NCBI GenBank assembly: GCA_963762145.1 | Contig: CAVXJS010000009.1 | Coordinates: 224,001-288,000 of the forward strand | Reading direction: 5' to 3' | Source of the DNA: an uncultured Candidatus Rokubacteria bacterium | GTDB taxonomy: Bacteria; Methylomirabilota; Methylomirabilia; Rokubacteriales; CSP1-6 | DNA length: 64,000 bases | In this document: piece by piece, positions 51,698 to 60,501 of the stretch | How the letters are laid out: each line of letters begins with the position of its first letter | Numbering within the stretch: the stretch's first letter is position 1 | Notes under the pieces: model-generated | Told to the model about the DNA's origin: nothing | Seen by the model: only the letters and a program-made list of their open reading frames with translations | The model's database searches: none | Made by a program: the position numbers and the translations under genes

Positions 51698-52996
51698 ATG
51701 GCTTCGGACGACCTCGCTTCCCTCCCTGCCGGCCGCGCGGCCACGCTCATCGCGGACCGCTCGCTCTCCGCAGTGGATCTCCTCGAGTCGTGCCTCGCGC
51801 GCATCGCGGCGCGCGAGGCGGACGTCCACGCGTGGGTGCGCGTGGACGACGCGGGGGCACGCGCGGTCGCGCGCGAGCGGCACGCGGAGGCGCGCGCGGG
51901 CCGGCTGCGCGGCCCGCTGCACGGCGTGCCGGTGGCCATCAAGGACATCATTCACGTGGCGGGCTTGACCACCACGTGCGGCGCCGCGCCCGCCTTTCAC
52001 GTCGCCGCGACCGAGGACGCCACCGCGGTGGCGCGACTCCGCGCGGCGGGCGCGATCATCCTCGGCAAGGTGCACACCACCGAGTTCGCGTACTTCGAGC
52101 CCGGCCCCACGCGCAACCCGTGGAATACCGCGCACACCCCGGGCGGATCGTCCTCGGGCTCGGCGGCGGCGGTCGCCGCGCAGATGACGCCGCTCGCCCT
52201 CGGCACGCAGACGGTCGGCTCGGTGCTGCGGCCCGCCGCCTACTGCGGCGTGGTGGGCTTCAAGGGCACGCACGGCCTGATCCCCACCGAGGGGGTGGTG
52301 CCGCTCGCGTGGAGCCTCGACCACGTCGGCGTCTTCGCGCGCGCGGTCGCGGACGTGGCCTTGACCGCGGCAGTGCTCGCGGGCCGCGCGCTCGCCGGCG
52401 CCGCATCGCGCCCGCCGCGGCTCGCGCTCGCGGCCGAGCTGGTGGACCGCGCGACCCCGGAGACCGCGGCCGAGGTCCGCGCCGCCGCGGACCGCTTCGC
52501 GCGCGCGGGCGCGACCATCGAGGAGGTGAAGCTGCCCGCGTCGTTCGCGGGCGTGCACGCGGCGGGACGCGAGGTGCTCGAGGTGGAGGCGGCCGCCTAT
52601 CACGAGGATCTCTACCGGGCCCACGCCGCCGCGTACCGGCCGCGCACGCGCGAGCTGATCGCGGGCGGGCTCGCGCGCCCCGCGGTGGCCTACGCCCGGG
52701 CGCAGCGCGCGCGCCTCGCCTTCCGCGAGGAGGTCATGCCGCTGCTCGCGGCCCACGACGCGCTGCTGGCCCCGACCGCGCCGGCCCCCGCGCCGGAAGG
52801 GCTCGCGACCGGCGATCCGTGGTTCTGCGCGCCGTGGAGCTTCGCGGGCGCGCCCGCGTGCTCGCTGCCGAGCGGCGTGTCCGCGGCGGGGCTGCCGCAC
52901 GCGGTGCAGCTCGTCGCGGCGGCGGAGCGCGACGCGGAATTGCTCGTGGTGGCCGCGTGGTGCGAGCACGTGCTAAACTTCAAGCGCTCACCGTAG
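51698..52996 (+). CDS. amidase signature family enzyme
   Basis: GPLHGVPVAIKD; GKVHTTEFA; TPGGSSSGS; LGTQTVGSVLRPA. Confidence 0.93.
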   Translation: MASDDLASLPAGRAATLIADRSLSAVDLLESCLARIAAREADVHAWVRVDDAGARAVARERHAEARAGRLRGPLHGVPVAIKDIIHVAGLTTTCGAAPAFHVAATEDATAVARLRAAGAIILGKVHTTEFAYFEPGPTRNPWNTAHTPGGSSSGSAAAVAAQMTPLALGTQTVGSVLRPAAYCGVVGFKGTHGLIPTEGVVPLAWSLDHVGVFARAVADVALTAAVLAGRALAGAASRPPRLALAAELVDRATPETAAEVRAAADRFARAGATIEEVKLPASFAGVHAAGREVLEVEAAAYHEDLYRAHAAAYRPRTRELIAGGLARPAVAYARAQRARLAFREEVMPLLAAHDALLAPTAPAPAPEGLATGDPWFCAPWSFAGAPACSLPSGVSAAGLPHAVQLVAAAERDAELLVVAAWCEHVLNFKRSP

Positions 52997-53047
52997 GAAT
53001 CGATCGTCGAATGGAACTGGCACGGTAGAAGGGCGGTTGATCAGTCA

Positions 53048-56000
53048 GTGGCAGACTCCGGTCCCCGGTTCGCGCTGAAGCGCATCTTCTCCTTCTCGCG
53101 CTCTGCCTCCCCGCGCGCGCTGACCCCCAGCCAGCCCGCCCTCGCCACCGGCGTGATGAGCGATGACGTGCTCGGGAACGCGTCGCGGCGGTCCTGGATC
53201 GCGCGGATGCGCGAGCTGCTGCATCGGCGCTACGTCCTCTTCCCGCTGCTCGCGGTGGTGGTCGCCCTCGCCGCGCTCGTGGAGATGCGCACCTCGACGG
53301 TGCAGGCGCTCGTGCTCTCGCGCGCGGCCGCCTGGCTGACCTACCGGGTGGACCCGGGCCCGAGCAAGGCCGTCCGCTTTCCCAAGACCGGCCCCTACGA
53401 CGAGCGGCTCGGCTACACCCGGCTCGGCAGCTTCGTCGAGCGGCTCGAGGGCGCGGGCTATCGCGTCGAGCGCCAGGCGCGGCTCTCGCCGGGCCTCGAC
53501 CGGCTCGCCGCGTGGGGCGTCGCGCTCCCCTACCGGGAGAAGACGCGGGCGGGTCTCGCGGTGCTCGACCGCGACGAGAAGCCCCTCTACGCCACCCGCT
53601 ATCCCGAAGAGGTCTACGAGCGCTTCGAGGCGGTGCCGACCCTCCTCGTCAACACCGTGCTCTTCATCGAGAACCGCGAGCTCCTCGACGCGGGCCACCC
53701 CTTCCGCAATCCGGTGGTGGACTGGCGGCGGCTCGCCAAGGCGGTCGGGGTCGAGGCGCTCGGGCGCCTGGGCGCCGAGCGCCACTCGATCGGGGCGAGC
53801 ACGCTGCCCACCCAGCTCGAGAAGCTCCGGCACTCGCCGGACGGGCGGACGCGCTCCCCCGCCGACAAGCTGCACCAGATGATCTCGGCGAGCCTGCGCG
53901 CCTACCAGGGTGGCGTGCAGACGCGGGCCGCGCGCCGGCAGATCCTGGTGGACTATCTCGACTCGCTCCCCCTCGCGGCCGCCCCCGGGCACGGCGAGGT
54001 GCACGGCATGGGCGACGGCCTGCGCGTCTGGTACGGCCTCGACTTCGCGGAGGCCAACGCCCTCCTCGAGGCCAAGCCCGGGATCTCCGAGGCCGCGCGG
54101 GCCCACGCCTTCAAGCGCGCGCTCAGCCTGATCCTGGCGGTGCGGAGGCCGTACCACTACCTGGTCGAGAATCCGCGCGGGCTCGAGGAGTTCACCGACA
54201 GCTACCTGCGCGTGATGGCCCGCGCGGGCGTGATCGACGCGAGCCTGCGCGACGCCGCGCTGGCGCAGCGGCTCGAGCCGCGCGCGGGCAACGGGCCTGC
54301 CACGACCGCCTTCGTGGAGCGCAAGGGCGCGAACCTGGTGCGCAGCCGGCTCACCACCCTGCTGAACGTGCCCGGCCTCTACGACCTCGACCGGCTGGAC
54401 CTCACCGCCTACAGCACGCTGGACGCGCCCGGCCAGGGGGCCGCGACGCGGCTCCTGCGGTCTCTGCGCGAGCCCGCGACCATCGAGCGCCTGGGGCTCG
54501 TCGGCGAGAAGCTCCTGGGCGGGGGCGATCCCGCGCGCGTGATCTACAGCGTCACGATCTACGAGCGCGGGCCCCACGCCAACCGGATCCGCATCCAGAC
54601 CGACAACCTCGACCAGCCGCTCGACATCGCGGGGGGTGCGCGGATCGATCTCGGCTCCACCGCCAAGCTCCGCACCCTGATCTCGTATCTCGAGGCGATC
54701 GCGGTGCTCCACGACCGGTACGCTCGGCTCACGCCGGCGGAGCTGGCCGCGGCCCGGCCGCATCCGAAGGACCGCATGGGCGCGTGGGCGATCGAGTACC
54801 TCACCGCCGCGCGCGGCACCGACAAGACGCTCCGGGCAACGCTGGAGGCCTCGCTCGAGCGCAAGTACTCGGCGAGCCCGGGCGAGGCCTTCTTCACCGG
54901 CGGAGGGCTCCACACCTTCGGCAACTTCGACCGCGAGGACGACCGCAAGGTGATGACGATCCGCGAGGCTTTCCAGAACTCGGTCAACCTGGTCTTCATC
55001 CGCCTGATGCGCGACGTGGTCACCAACCACCTCTACGGCTCCGAGACCTCGCTCGCGGTGCGCCTGGCCGATCCCCTCGACCCGCGCCGCGATCGCTACC
55101 TGACCCGGTTCGCGGATCGAGAGGGCAGCGAGTTCGTCCGGCGCTTCTACCGCAAGTACCAGGGCCTGGCCCTCGACGCGCAGCTCGAGCTGGTGCTGAG
55201 CGGCGCGCGCGCCACCCCCAACGGCCTGTCCACCGCGCTGCGCTCGGTCTACCCGGAGGTGAGCCTCGAGATCTTCCGCGAGCTGCTCACCGCGCGGCTG
55301 CCCGGCCGCGGACTGTCCGACAAGATGGTCGCGGAGCTCTACGAGCGGGCGGACCCGCAGACGATGCCGCTCGCCGACCGCGGCTACGTGGCCGGCGTGC
55401 ATCCCCTCGAGCTCTGGCTGGCGGGCTACCTCCGCCGGCATCCGGGCGCGGGCATCACGCAGGTGGTGCGGGCCAGCAGCGCCGAGCGGCAGGCCGTCTA
55501 CGGCTGGCTCTTCTTCACGCGCCACCGCAACGCGCAGGACAACCGCATCGCCAGCCTGCTCGAGATCGAGGCGTTCCTCGACCTGCATCGGAACTGGGAG
55601 CGGATGGGTTATCCGTTCGCGTCCCTCACCCCGTCGCTGGCCACCGCCATCGGCAGCTCCGGCGATCGTCCGGCCGCGCTCGCCGAGCTGATGGGGATCA
55701 TCCTGAACGACGGCGTCCGCCTCCCGACCGTGCTGGTGGACGGCGTGGACTTCGGAGTGGGCACGCCCTACGAGACGCACATGGGGCGCGCGGAGGTCCC
55801 GGCGACGCAGGTCCTCGCGCCCGAGGTGGCCGCGGTGGTGCGGGGGATGCTCACCCAGGTCGTCGACCAGGGCACCGCGCGCGGCCTCCGGCCCGCGCTG
55901 GCGCAGCCCGGCGCCACCCCGCACGTCGCGGGAGGCAAGACCGGCACCGGCGATCACCGCTACTTCATCTACGCCAAGAACGGCGCGGTGGTGGAGTCGC

Positions 56001-56209
56001 GCGTGGTGAGCCGGGCGGCCACCTTCGTCTTCATGCTCGACAACCGCTACTTCGGTACCGTCACCGCCTACGTGCCGGGACCCGAGGCCGCGCGCTTCCA
56101 CTTCACGAGCGCGCTACCCGTGCGGGTCACCGGGCTGCTCGTGCCCGCGCTCAACCGCCTCTCCGCGGCGCCGCCGCCGGCTCCCGTCGCCGCGTCCGCT
56201 TCCCCCTAG
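53048..56209 (+). CDS. large class A penicillin-binding protein (GT51 transglycosylase plus transpeptidase with insertions)
   Basis: TM anchor; FIENREL; GASTLPTQLEK; transpeptidase motifs STAK (SxxK), SVN (SxN) and KTGT. Confidence 0.8.
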   Translation: MADSGPRFALKRIFSFSRSASPRALTPSQPALATGVMSDDVLGNASRRSWIARMRELLHRRYVLFPLLAVVVALAALVEMRTSTVQALVLSRAAAWLTYRVDPGPSKAVRFPKTGPYDERLGYTRLGSFVERLEGAGYRVERQARLSPGLDRLAAWGVALPYREKTRAGLAVLDRDEKPLYATRYPEEVYERFEAVPTLLVNTVLFIENRELLDAGHPFRNPVVDWRRLAKAVGVEALGRLGAERHSIGASTLPTQLEKLRHSPDGRTRSPADKLHQMISASLRAYQGGVQTRAARRQILVDYLDSLPLAAAPGHGEVHGMGDGLRVWYGLDFAEANALLEAKPGISEAARAHAFKRALSLILAVRRPYHYLVENPRGLEEFTDSYLRVMARAGVIDASLRDAALAQRLEPRAGNGPATTAFVERKGANLVRSRLTTLLNVPGLYDLDRLDLTAYSTLDAPGQGAATRLLRSLREPATIERLGLVGEKLLGGGDPARVIYSVTIYERGPHANRIRIQTDNLDQPLDIAGGARIDLGSTAKLRTLISYLEAIAVLHDRYARLTPAELAAARPHPKDRMGAWAIEYLTAARGTDKTLRATLEASLERKYSASPGEAFFTGGGLHTFGNFDREDDRKVMTIREAFQNSVNLVFIRLMRDVVTNHLYGSETSLAVRLADPLDPRRDRYLTRFADREGSEFVRRFYRKYQGLALDAQLELVLSGARATPNGLSTALRSVYPEVSLEIFRELLTARLPGRGLSDKMVAELYERADPQTMPLADRGYVAGVHPLELWLAGYLRRHPGAGITQVVRASSAERQAVYGWLFFTRHRNAQDNRIASLLEIEAFLDLHRNWERMGYPFASLTPSLATAIGSSGDRPAALAELMGIILNDGVRLPTVLVDGVDFGVGTPYETHMGRAEVPATQVLAPEVAAVVRGMLTQVVDQGTARGLRPALAQPGATPHVAGGKTGTGDHRYFIYAKNGAVVESRVVSRAATFVFMLDNRYFGTVTAYVPGPEAARFHFTSALPVRVTGLLVPALNRLSAAPPPAPVAASASP

Positions 56210-56237
56210 CCTCGCGGTCGCGTTTCGTCATACCGTC

Positions 56238-56394
56238 GGGCGGGACGCCGGGGGGCGGGGGCCCTCCCGGGAACACGCTGAGTCGCATTGCCGCGGGGCC
56301 ACTCTCACGAGCCACGAGACAGGACGCGTCTCGCTTCGCTTGCGCGCAGAAGACACGGTTCCCGGGAGGGCCCCCGCCCCCCGACGCCCCGCCC
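56238..56394. repeat. 37-bp inverted repeat with an 83-bp spacer (REP/MITE-like)
   Basis: GGGCGGGACGCCGGGGGGCGGGGGCCCTCCCGGGAAC versus its reverse complement at 56358-56394, with 2 mismatches. Confidence 0.8.
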
Positions 56395-56548
56395 TATGCG
56401 CCATCTACCGACAGCGATCTGTGGTGCGCGCTCCGAGCGCGGGCTTCGCCCGCGCATCCTGTTCCTTGATTCTGCTGTGCTAGGGGGGAGGCAGGGAGGA
56501 GCGCGCCGTCCGGCGCGCGACGACCGTCGGAAGCGACTGTCTTGCCGG

Positions 56549-57481
56549 TCAAGCGGGTTGCCATGGGCGGCGGTCCCGGAGCATGGCGTTGAGGATCGTG
56601 AGCAGCTTGCGCATGGCCGCGATGACGGCGACCTTCTTGGGGCGGCCCGCGGCCGTGAGCCGCCGGTAGACCTCCCGGATCACCGGGTTGTGGTGAATCG
56701 CCACGATGGTGGGCATGTACAGCGCGCGGCGGACGGCGGCCCGGCCCCCGCCGATCATGCGCCGCCCCCGCCAGCGGCCGCTGTCGCGATTCCACGGCGC
56801 CAGGCCGACGAGCGCGGCAATCCGACGCCGATCCAGCTGACCCAGTTCCGGGAGGTCGGCGATCAGCGCGTGCGCGGTGAGGTCGCCAATCCCGGGCGCC
56901 GAGGTCAGCAGATCCTCCGTCTCCCGCCACACGGAGCTCGTGCGAATGAGCCGGGCGATCGCCGCGTCGACCTCCGCGATCGCCCGCGTGAGCCACGTGA
57001 CGTGCGCCCGGATGCGCTGTTGCAGCCCGCGGACCCGCGCTTGGCGATGCCGGTTCTGCTCGGCCCCCAGCATATCGACGAGCTGGCGCCGCCGGGCCAC
57101 GAGTTCCCCCAGCCCCTGCGCCTGCTCCGTGGCCAGCGGCCGCGCCGCCGGCTGCACCAACTCCGCAAAGCGCGCATTGGCCCGCGCATCGAGCCGATCC
57201 GTCTTCGCCAGCTGCCCCGTGGCCAGCGCAAACTGCCGGACCTGCCGGGGATTGACCACCGCCACCGGTAACCCGGCGTGTGCCAGCGCGGCGGCGACGG
57301 CGCTCTCATACCCGCCGGTCGCTTCCAGCACAATCAGCATCGGCCGCAGGTCGACCAGCCGGTGCACCAGCGTGGCCACCCCCGCCTCTTCGTACGCCAC
57401 CGCGAACTCCTCATCCGTGGGGCGTACATGCACGTCCAGCCGATCCTTCGAGACATCCAGCCCCACGAAGATCCGTTCCAT
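56549..57481 (-). CDS. IS110 family DEDD recombinase/transposase (310 aa)
   Basis: FVGLDVSKD; VLEATGGYE; VNPRQV; AKTDRLDA; SAPGIG; GLAP...DSG; GGRA.VR.ALYM; AAMRKLL. Confidence 0.96.
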   Translation of the reverse strand: MERIFVGLDVSKDRLDVHVRPTDEEFAVAYEEAGVATLVHRLVDLRPMLIVLEATGGYESAVAAALAHAGLPVAVVNPRQVRQFALATGQLAKTDRLDARANARFAELVQPAARPLATEQAQGLGELVARRRQLVDMLGAEQNRHRQARVRGLQQRIRAHVTWLTRAIAEVDAAIARLIRTSSVWRETEDLLTSAPGIGDLTAHALIADLPELGQLDRRRIAALVGLAPWNRDSGRWRGRRMIGGGRAAVRRALYMPTIVAIHHNPVIREVYRRLTAAGRPKKVAVIAAMRKLLTILNAMLRDRRPWQPA

Positions 57482-57645
57482 GTCCCGTCCTTGTCGATGC
57501 GGGCTCGCCGAGCGGCCCAAGCGACTGTTCGGGTTCACGGCACGTGAAGCGGCAGGCAGGGCCCCAGGCTTCCGAACGGTCTTGGTAGACCCAGGGGGGC
57601 GCGGGCTCCCGCCCGCCTTCACTCCGGCTACGCTATCCGCCGGAG
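57482..57645 (-). ncRNA. IS110 bridge RNA in the left non-coding end (boundaries approximate)
   Basis: Contains CGCCCCCCT (57601-57593) and TCGGAAG (57575-57569), matching the target site. Also contains ACAGTCGCT (57528-57520) and ACAAG (57494-57490), matching the donor junction. Each pair flanks a stem-loop. Confidence 0.85.
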
Positions 57646-57682
57646 TTCCTAAGATACAAGGGGGGCGCAGCCCCCCTCCGAG

Positions 57683-58522
57683 TCAATACACTTCGTCGCG
57701 CTCGCCGAATTCGAACTGGTAGGTCGTCTCGTCGAGCTCGGTGTTGGTGACGAGCTGCTTGCGGGCGAGGAGGGCTTCGAAGGTCTGGAGCCAGATCTCG
57801 TAGTAGACGAAGGGGGCGGGGCGCGTCTCGGCGGCGGCGATCTGGGCGATGAGCGCCTGGCGGAACTCTTCCCAGTCGTACACGCCGCGCTCGTGCAGGG
57901 CGACGGCCATACCGAAGACGCGACCCTGCCAGGGCTCCTCGAAGACCAGCTCGCCGTTCTTGCGCGGCAGCGCGGCCTGGCCTCCCATGACCGCGACCAC
58001 GCGGTCCACCGTGAGGTCCTGGCCCTGCGCGGTCACCCCCGACGGCAGCGACTCGCAGGCGTGGGCCTGGCGCCCGCGCCAGAGGCGGGCGTCGTCCACC
58101 GGCTGGCCGTCGGGACGCGGCTGCCAGGCGGAGGCGGTGAACTGGTACGGGGCGAGGGCCGACGGCGAAGGCAGGCAGGCGTCGGCGTCCAGCATGGCCT
58201 CGACGTGATCGTAGAGGGCGACCGCAAGCGCGTCCGAGTCGATCGAGTGGAACCACTGAGCCTGGCCGTCGAAGAGCAGGAGCGCCACGTTGGCGAGGGC
58301 GCACGGTCCGAGGCAGCCGCCGATCGTCAGGTGGATGATGTTACGGAGCCGCCGCCGCTCCCACTCGCGGTGGAAGGTCTCGGTCGGGACCGGCGCGAAG
58401 CCGTCCTCGGTGCGGCCGCAGCAGCAACCGGTGGCGCAGATGAAGAGCTGACCCCGGAAGCGCGCCACGTTGACCCGCCGCCCGTCGCGGCGCACCACGA
58501 TGTTACGCCGGCGCTCGTACAC
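57683..58522 (-). CDS. nitrile hydratase accessory protein (P14K/NhhG-like) fused to an N-terminal Cys-rich thioredoxin-like/(2Fe-2S) ferredoxin-like domain
   Basis: N-terminal FICATGCCCG...GGCLGPCALAN; C-terminal LPRKNGELVFEEPWQGRVFGMAVAL..WEEFRQALI..YYEIWL..FEALL. Confidence 0.82.
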   Translation of the reverse strand: MYERRRNIVVRRDGRRVNVARFRGQLFICATGCCCGRTEDGFAPVPTETFHREWERRRLRNIIHLTIGGCLGPCALANVALLLFDGQAQWFHSIDSDALAVALYDHVEAMLDADACLPSPSALAPYQFTASAWQPRPDGQPVDDARLWRGRQAHACESLPSGVTAQGQDLTVDRVVAVMGGQAALPRKNGELVFEEPWQGRVFGMAVALHERGVYDWEEFRQALIAQIAAAETRPAPFVYYEIWLQTFEALLARKQLVTNTELDETTYQFEFGERDEVY

Positions 58523-58536
58523 GGGGCCGGCGCCGC

Positions 58537-59130
58537 TCAGGAGGCGGTCACGCGCGGCTCGGCCACGCCGATGAGCGCGTCGCGGGTGATCAGCGGCACC
58601 AGCTCCGCTTCGCTCATGGCCTCGGTGCCGGCCGGCCTGATCGGCAGGACCATGTAACGCATCTCGGCGCTCGAGTCCCACACGCGGATCTCGCGCTCCG
58701 CCGGCACCTCGAGCCCCATCTCCCGCAGGATCGTCCGCGGCTCGCTGACCGCGCGCGAGCGGTAGGCCGGCATCTTGTACCAGGTGGGGGGCAGCCCCAG
58801 CACCGGCCACGGGTAGCAGGAGCAGAGCGTGCACACCACCAGGTTGTGCACCGCCTCCGTGTTCTCGACCACCATCAGCATCTCGTAATCGAGATCGAGC
58901 TGCCCGAGCGCGGCCCTCGGGTCCTCCAGGAGCAGGCGCCGGTAGTCGGGATCGGTCCACGCCTTCGCCACCGCGCGAGCGCCCGTCATCGGGCCGGTGT
59001 CCGCCTCGTAGCGCTGGATCACCCGATCCACCGCGTCGGGGGCCAGGATGCCCTTCTCGAGCAGCAGCGACTCGAGCGCCCGCACGCGGGACACGATGTA
59101 GGGATCGACGTTGGGGTGGTTCTTGCCCAT
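58537..59130 (-). CDS. nthA: cobalt-type nitrile hydratase alpha subunit
   Basis: [12 protein letters not shown]; [11 protein letters not shown]; [21 protein letters not shown]; [15 protein letters not shown]. The T and Y in CTLCSCY indicate the Co type. Confidence 0.96.
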   Translation of the reverse strand: MGKNHPNVDPYIVSRVRALESLLLEKGILAPDAVDRVIQRYEADTGPMTGARAVAKAWTDPDYRRLLLEDPRAALGQLDLDYEMLMVVENTEAVHNLVVCTLCSCYPWPVLGLPPTWYKMPAYRSRAVSEPRTILREMGLEVPAEREIRVWDSSAEMRYMVLPIRPAGTEAMSEAELVPLITRDALIGVAEPRVTAS

Positions 59131-59135
59131 CCGCG

Positions 59136-59816
59136 TTACCTCCCGGGTAGGAGATAGCTCTCCCAGAGATCGATGTGCACGGCCTGGTTCGCCTCCGCCG
59201 ACTCGCCCCACAGCTCGCGCGCGTCGAAGCGCACGCTGTAGAGCGGCTGCGGCTGCTCGCCCTGCCCGTGGGCGTTGGTGTCGGGAAACACGTGGATACC
59301 GTGGCAGCAGTGGATGACGCCGCGCTTGCCGCGCGCGTAGCGCGGCAGCCGCGTGTGGCCGTGCGGGTGCATGTCCCGCGTGAGGACGGCCTCGCCCGGC
59401 GCGAACCGCGGCGTGGCTCCGGTCTCGCGGATGAAATCCGTCATCGAGGCCCGCCGGGAGGCGCCCCGCGACGGCGGCGGCCCGGGCAGCGCCGCGGTAG
59501 CCGGCGCGTCGGGCTTCTGCTCGAAGAACGTCCGCCGCGCGATCAGCTCCTGGGGATCCAGCACGCCCTTCTCGAGGAGGACCCGGGTGATCCCCTCGAG
59601 CCACTTCTCGTAGTAGGTCGCGCGCAGGTAGTGGGCCGGAGCCATGCGCTCGATGCCGTGGCGGAACTCGTCGATGTTGTAGAGCAGGCCCTGGCGGCCT
59701 GCGTGCTGGATGGCCAACACCACCGCCTCCCAGTCGGCGTGGAACGTCGGCTCGTTCTCCTCGCGCTCGACCGGCCCGAAGCCCTGCATGCCCCCCAGAT
59801 CGTGCACCCCGTTCAT
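59136..59816 (-). CDS. nthB: nitrile hydratase beta subunit
   Basis: [16 protein letters not shown]; FHADWE; [10 protein letters not shown]; YYEKW; [12 protein letters not shown]; DLWESYL. Confidence 0.96.
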   Translation of the reverse strand: MNGVHDLGGMQGFGPVEREENEPTFHADWEAVVLAIQHAGRQGLLYNIDEFRHGIERMAPAHYLRATYYEKWLEGITRVLLEKGVLDPQELIARRTFFEQKPDAPATAALPGPPPSRGASRRASMTDFIRETGATPRFAPGEAVLTRDMHPHGHTRLPRYARGKRGVIHCCHGIHVFPDTNAHGQGEQPQPLYSVRFDARELWGESAEANQAVHIDLWESYLLPGR

Positions 59817-59836
59817 ACGCCGTGATTCTATCGACT

Positions 59837-59921
59837 GGGGTCAGGTCTTACAATCCAACATTCCGGGCTCGGCGATGGCGCCACTTCGGCGGCCAAATGT
59901 CGGAATGTAAGACCTGACCCC
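59837..59921. repeat. 85-bp element with 26-bp terminal inverted repeats (REP/MITE-like)
   Basis: GGGGTCAGGTCTTACAATCCAACATT ... AATGTCGGAATGTAAGACCTGACCCC (24/26 match), AT-richer than its surroundings. Confidence 0.85.
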
Positions 59922-59922
59922 G

Positions 59923-60501
59923 TCAGTGGGTGCGAGGGGGGTCGGCGTGGGCCGGCGGGGGCTCACCGGGGACGCCCGCGTGACGGGCGCGCAGATCCAT
60001 CCAGAGATCGAGCCGCGACCAGTCGGGCGTGTCCACGTAGCGGCCACGCGCGGGGTCGATCCACGGGTTCGGCAGGAACACGGTCAGCATCTGCTCGTCG
60101 CGGCCGTTCCAGAGCCGCAGGCCCCAGGCGCTGGGCCGCCCGGACCGGTCGCGGTTCTGGAAGAACGCGGCGCGGGCGCAGCGGCGCCACTCGGCCAGCG
60201 CGGGGGGCGTCGGCAGCGCGGCCGAGCCCTGGTGCGGGCCGATGCACAGGTGGAAGTGCCAGGACTCGCTGCCCTCGACCTGCACCGTGACGTAGCCGTC
60301 GAGCAGGGAGATCCGGGGCCGGCGGCCGAACCGGCCCTCGAACACCGCGCCCTCGATGCACGGGCCGAAGATCACGTGCTCCCAGTGCTCCTCGAAGATC
60401 TCCCGGAGCAGGGCGAGCAATGCCGCCTCGGTGCACTCGACCCCGAAGTACTCGGTGCGGGTGCCGTCCAGATTCTCCTGCACCGTCACGTCAGTGCGCA
60501 C
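59923..60501 (-). CDS. conserved hypothetical protein, possibly HemS/ChuX-like fold
   Basis: 192-aa ORF with FGPCIEGAVFE, DGYVT, WHFHLCIG and LRLWNGRDEQMLTVFLPNP. The fold assignment is an inference. Confidence 0.7.
   Translation of the reverse strand: MRTDVTVQENLDGTRTEYFGVECTEAALLALLREIFEEHWEHVIFGPCIEGAVFEGRFGRRPRISLLDGYVTVQVEGSESWHFHLCIGPHQGSAALPTPPALAEWRRCARAAFFQNRDRSGRPSAWGLRLWNGRDEQMLTVFLPNPWIDPARGRYVDTPDWSRLDLWMDLRARHAGVPGEPPPAHADPPRTH

Larger units (their letters stand above)
56532..57660 (-). mobile_element. complete IS110-family element (IS621-like), CT core at both ends, inserted in a REP-like palindrome
   Basis: Left end CT|TGTATCTT (57660); right end TTGACCGGCAAGACAGTCG|CT (56532). 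The flanks rejoin to CGGAGGGGGGCTGCGCCCCCCTTCCG. Confidence 0.92.
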
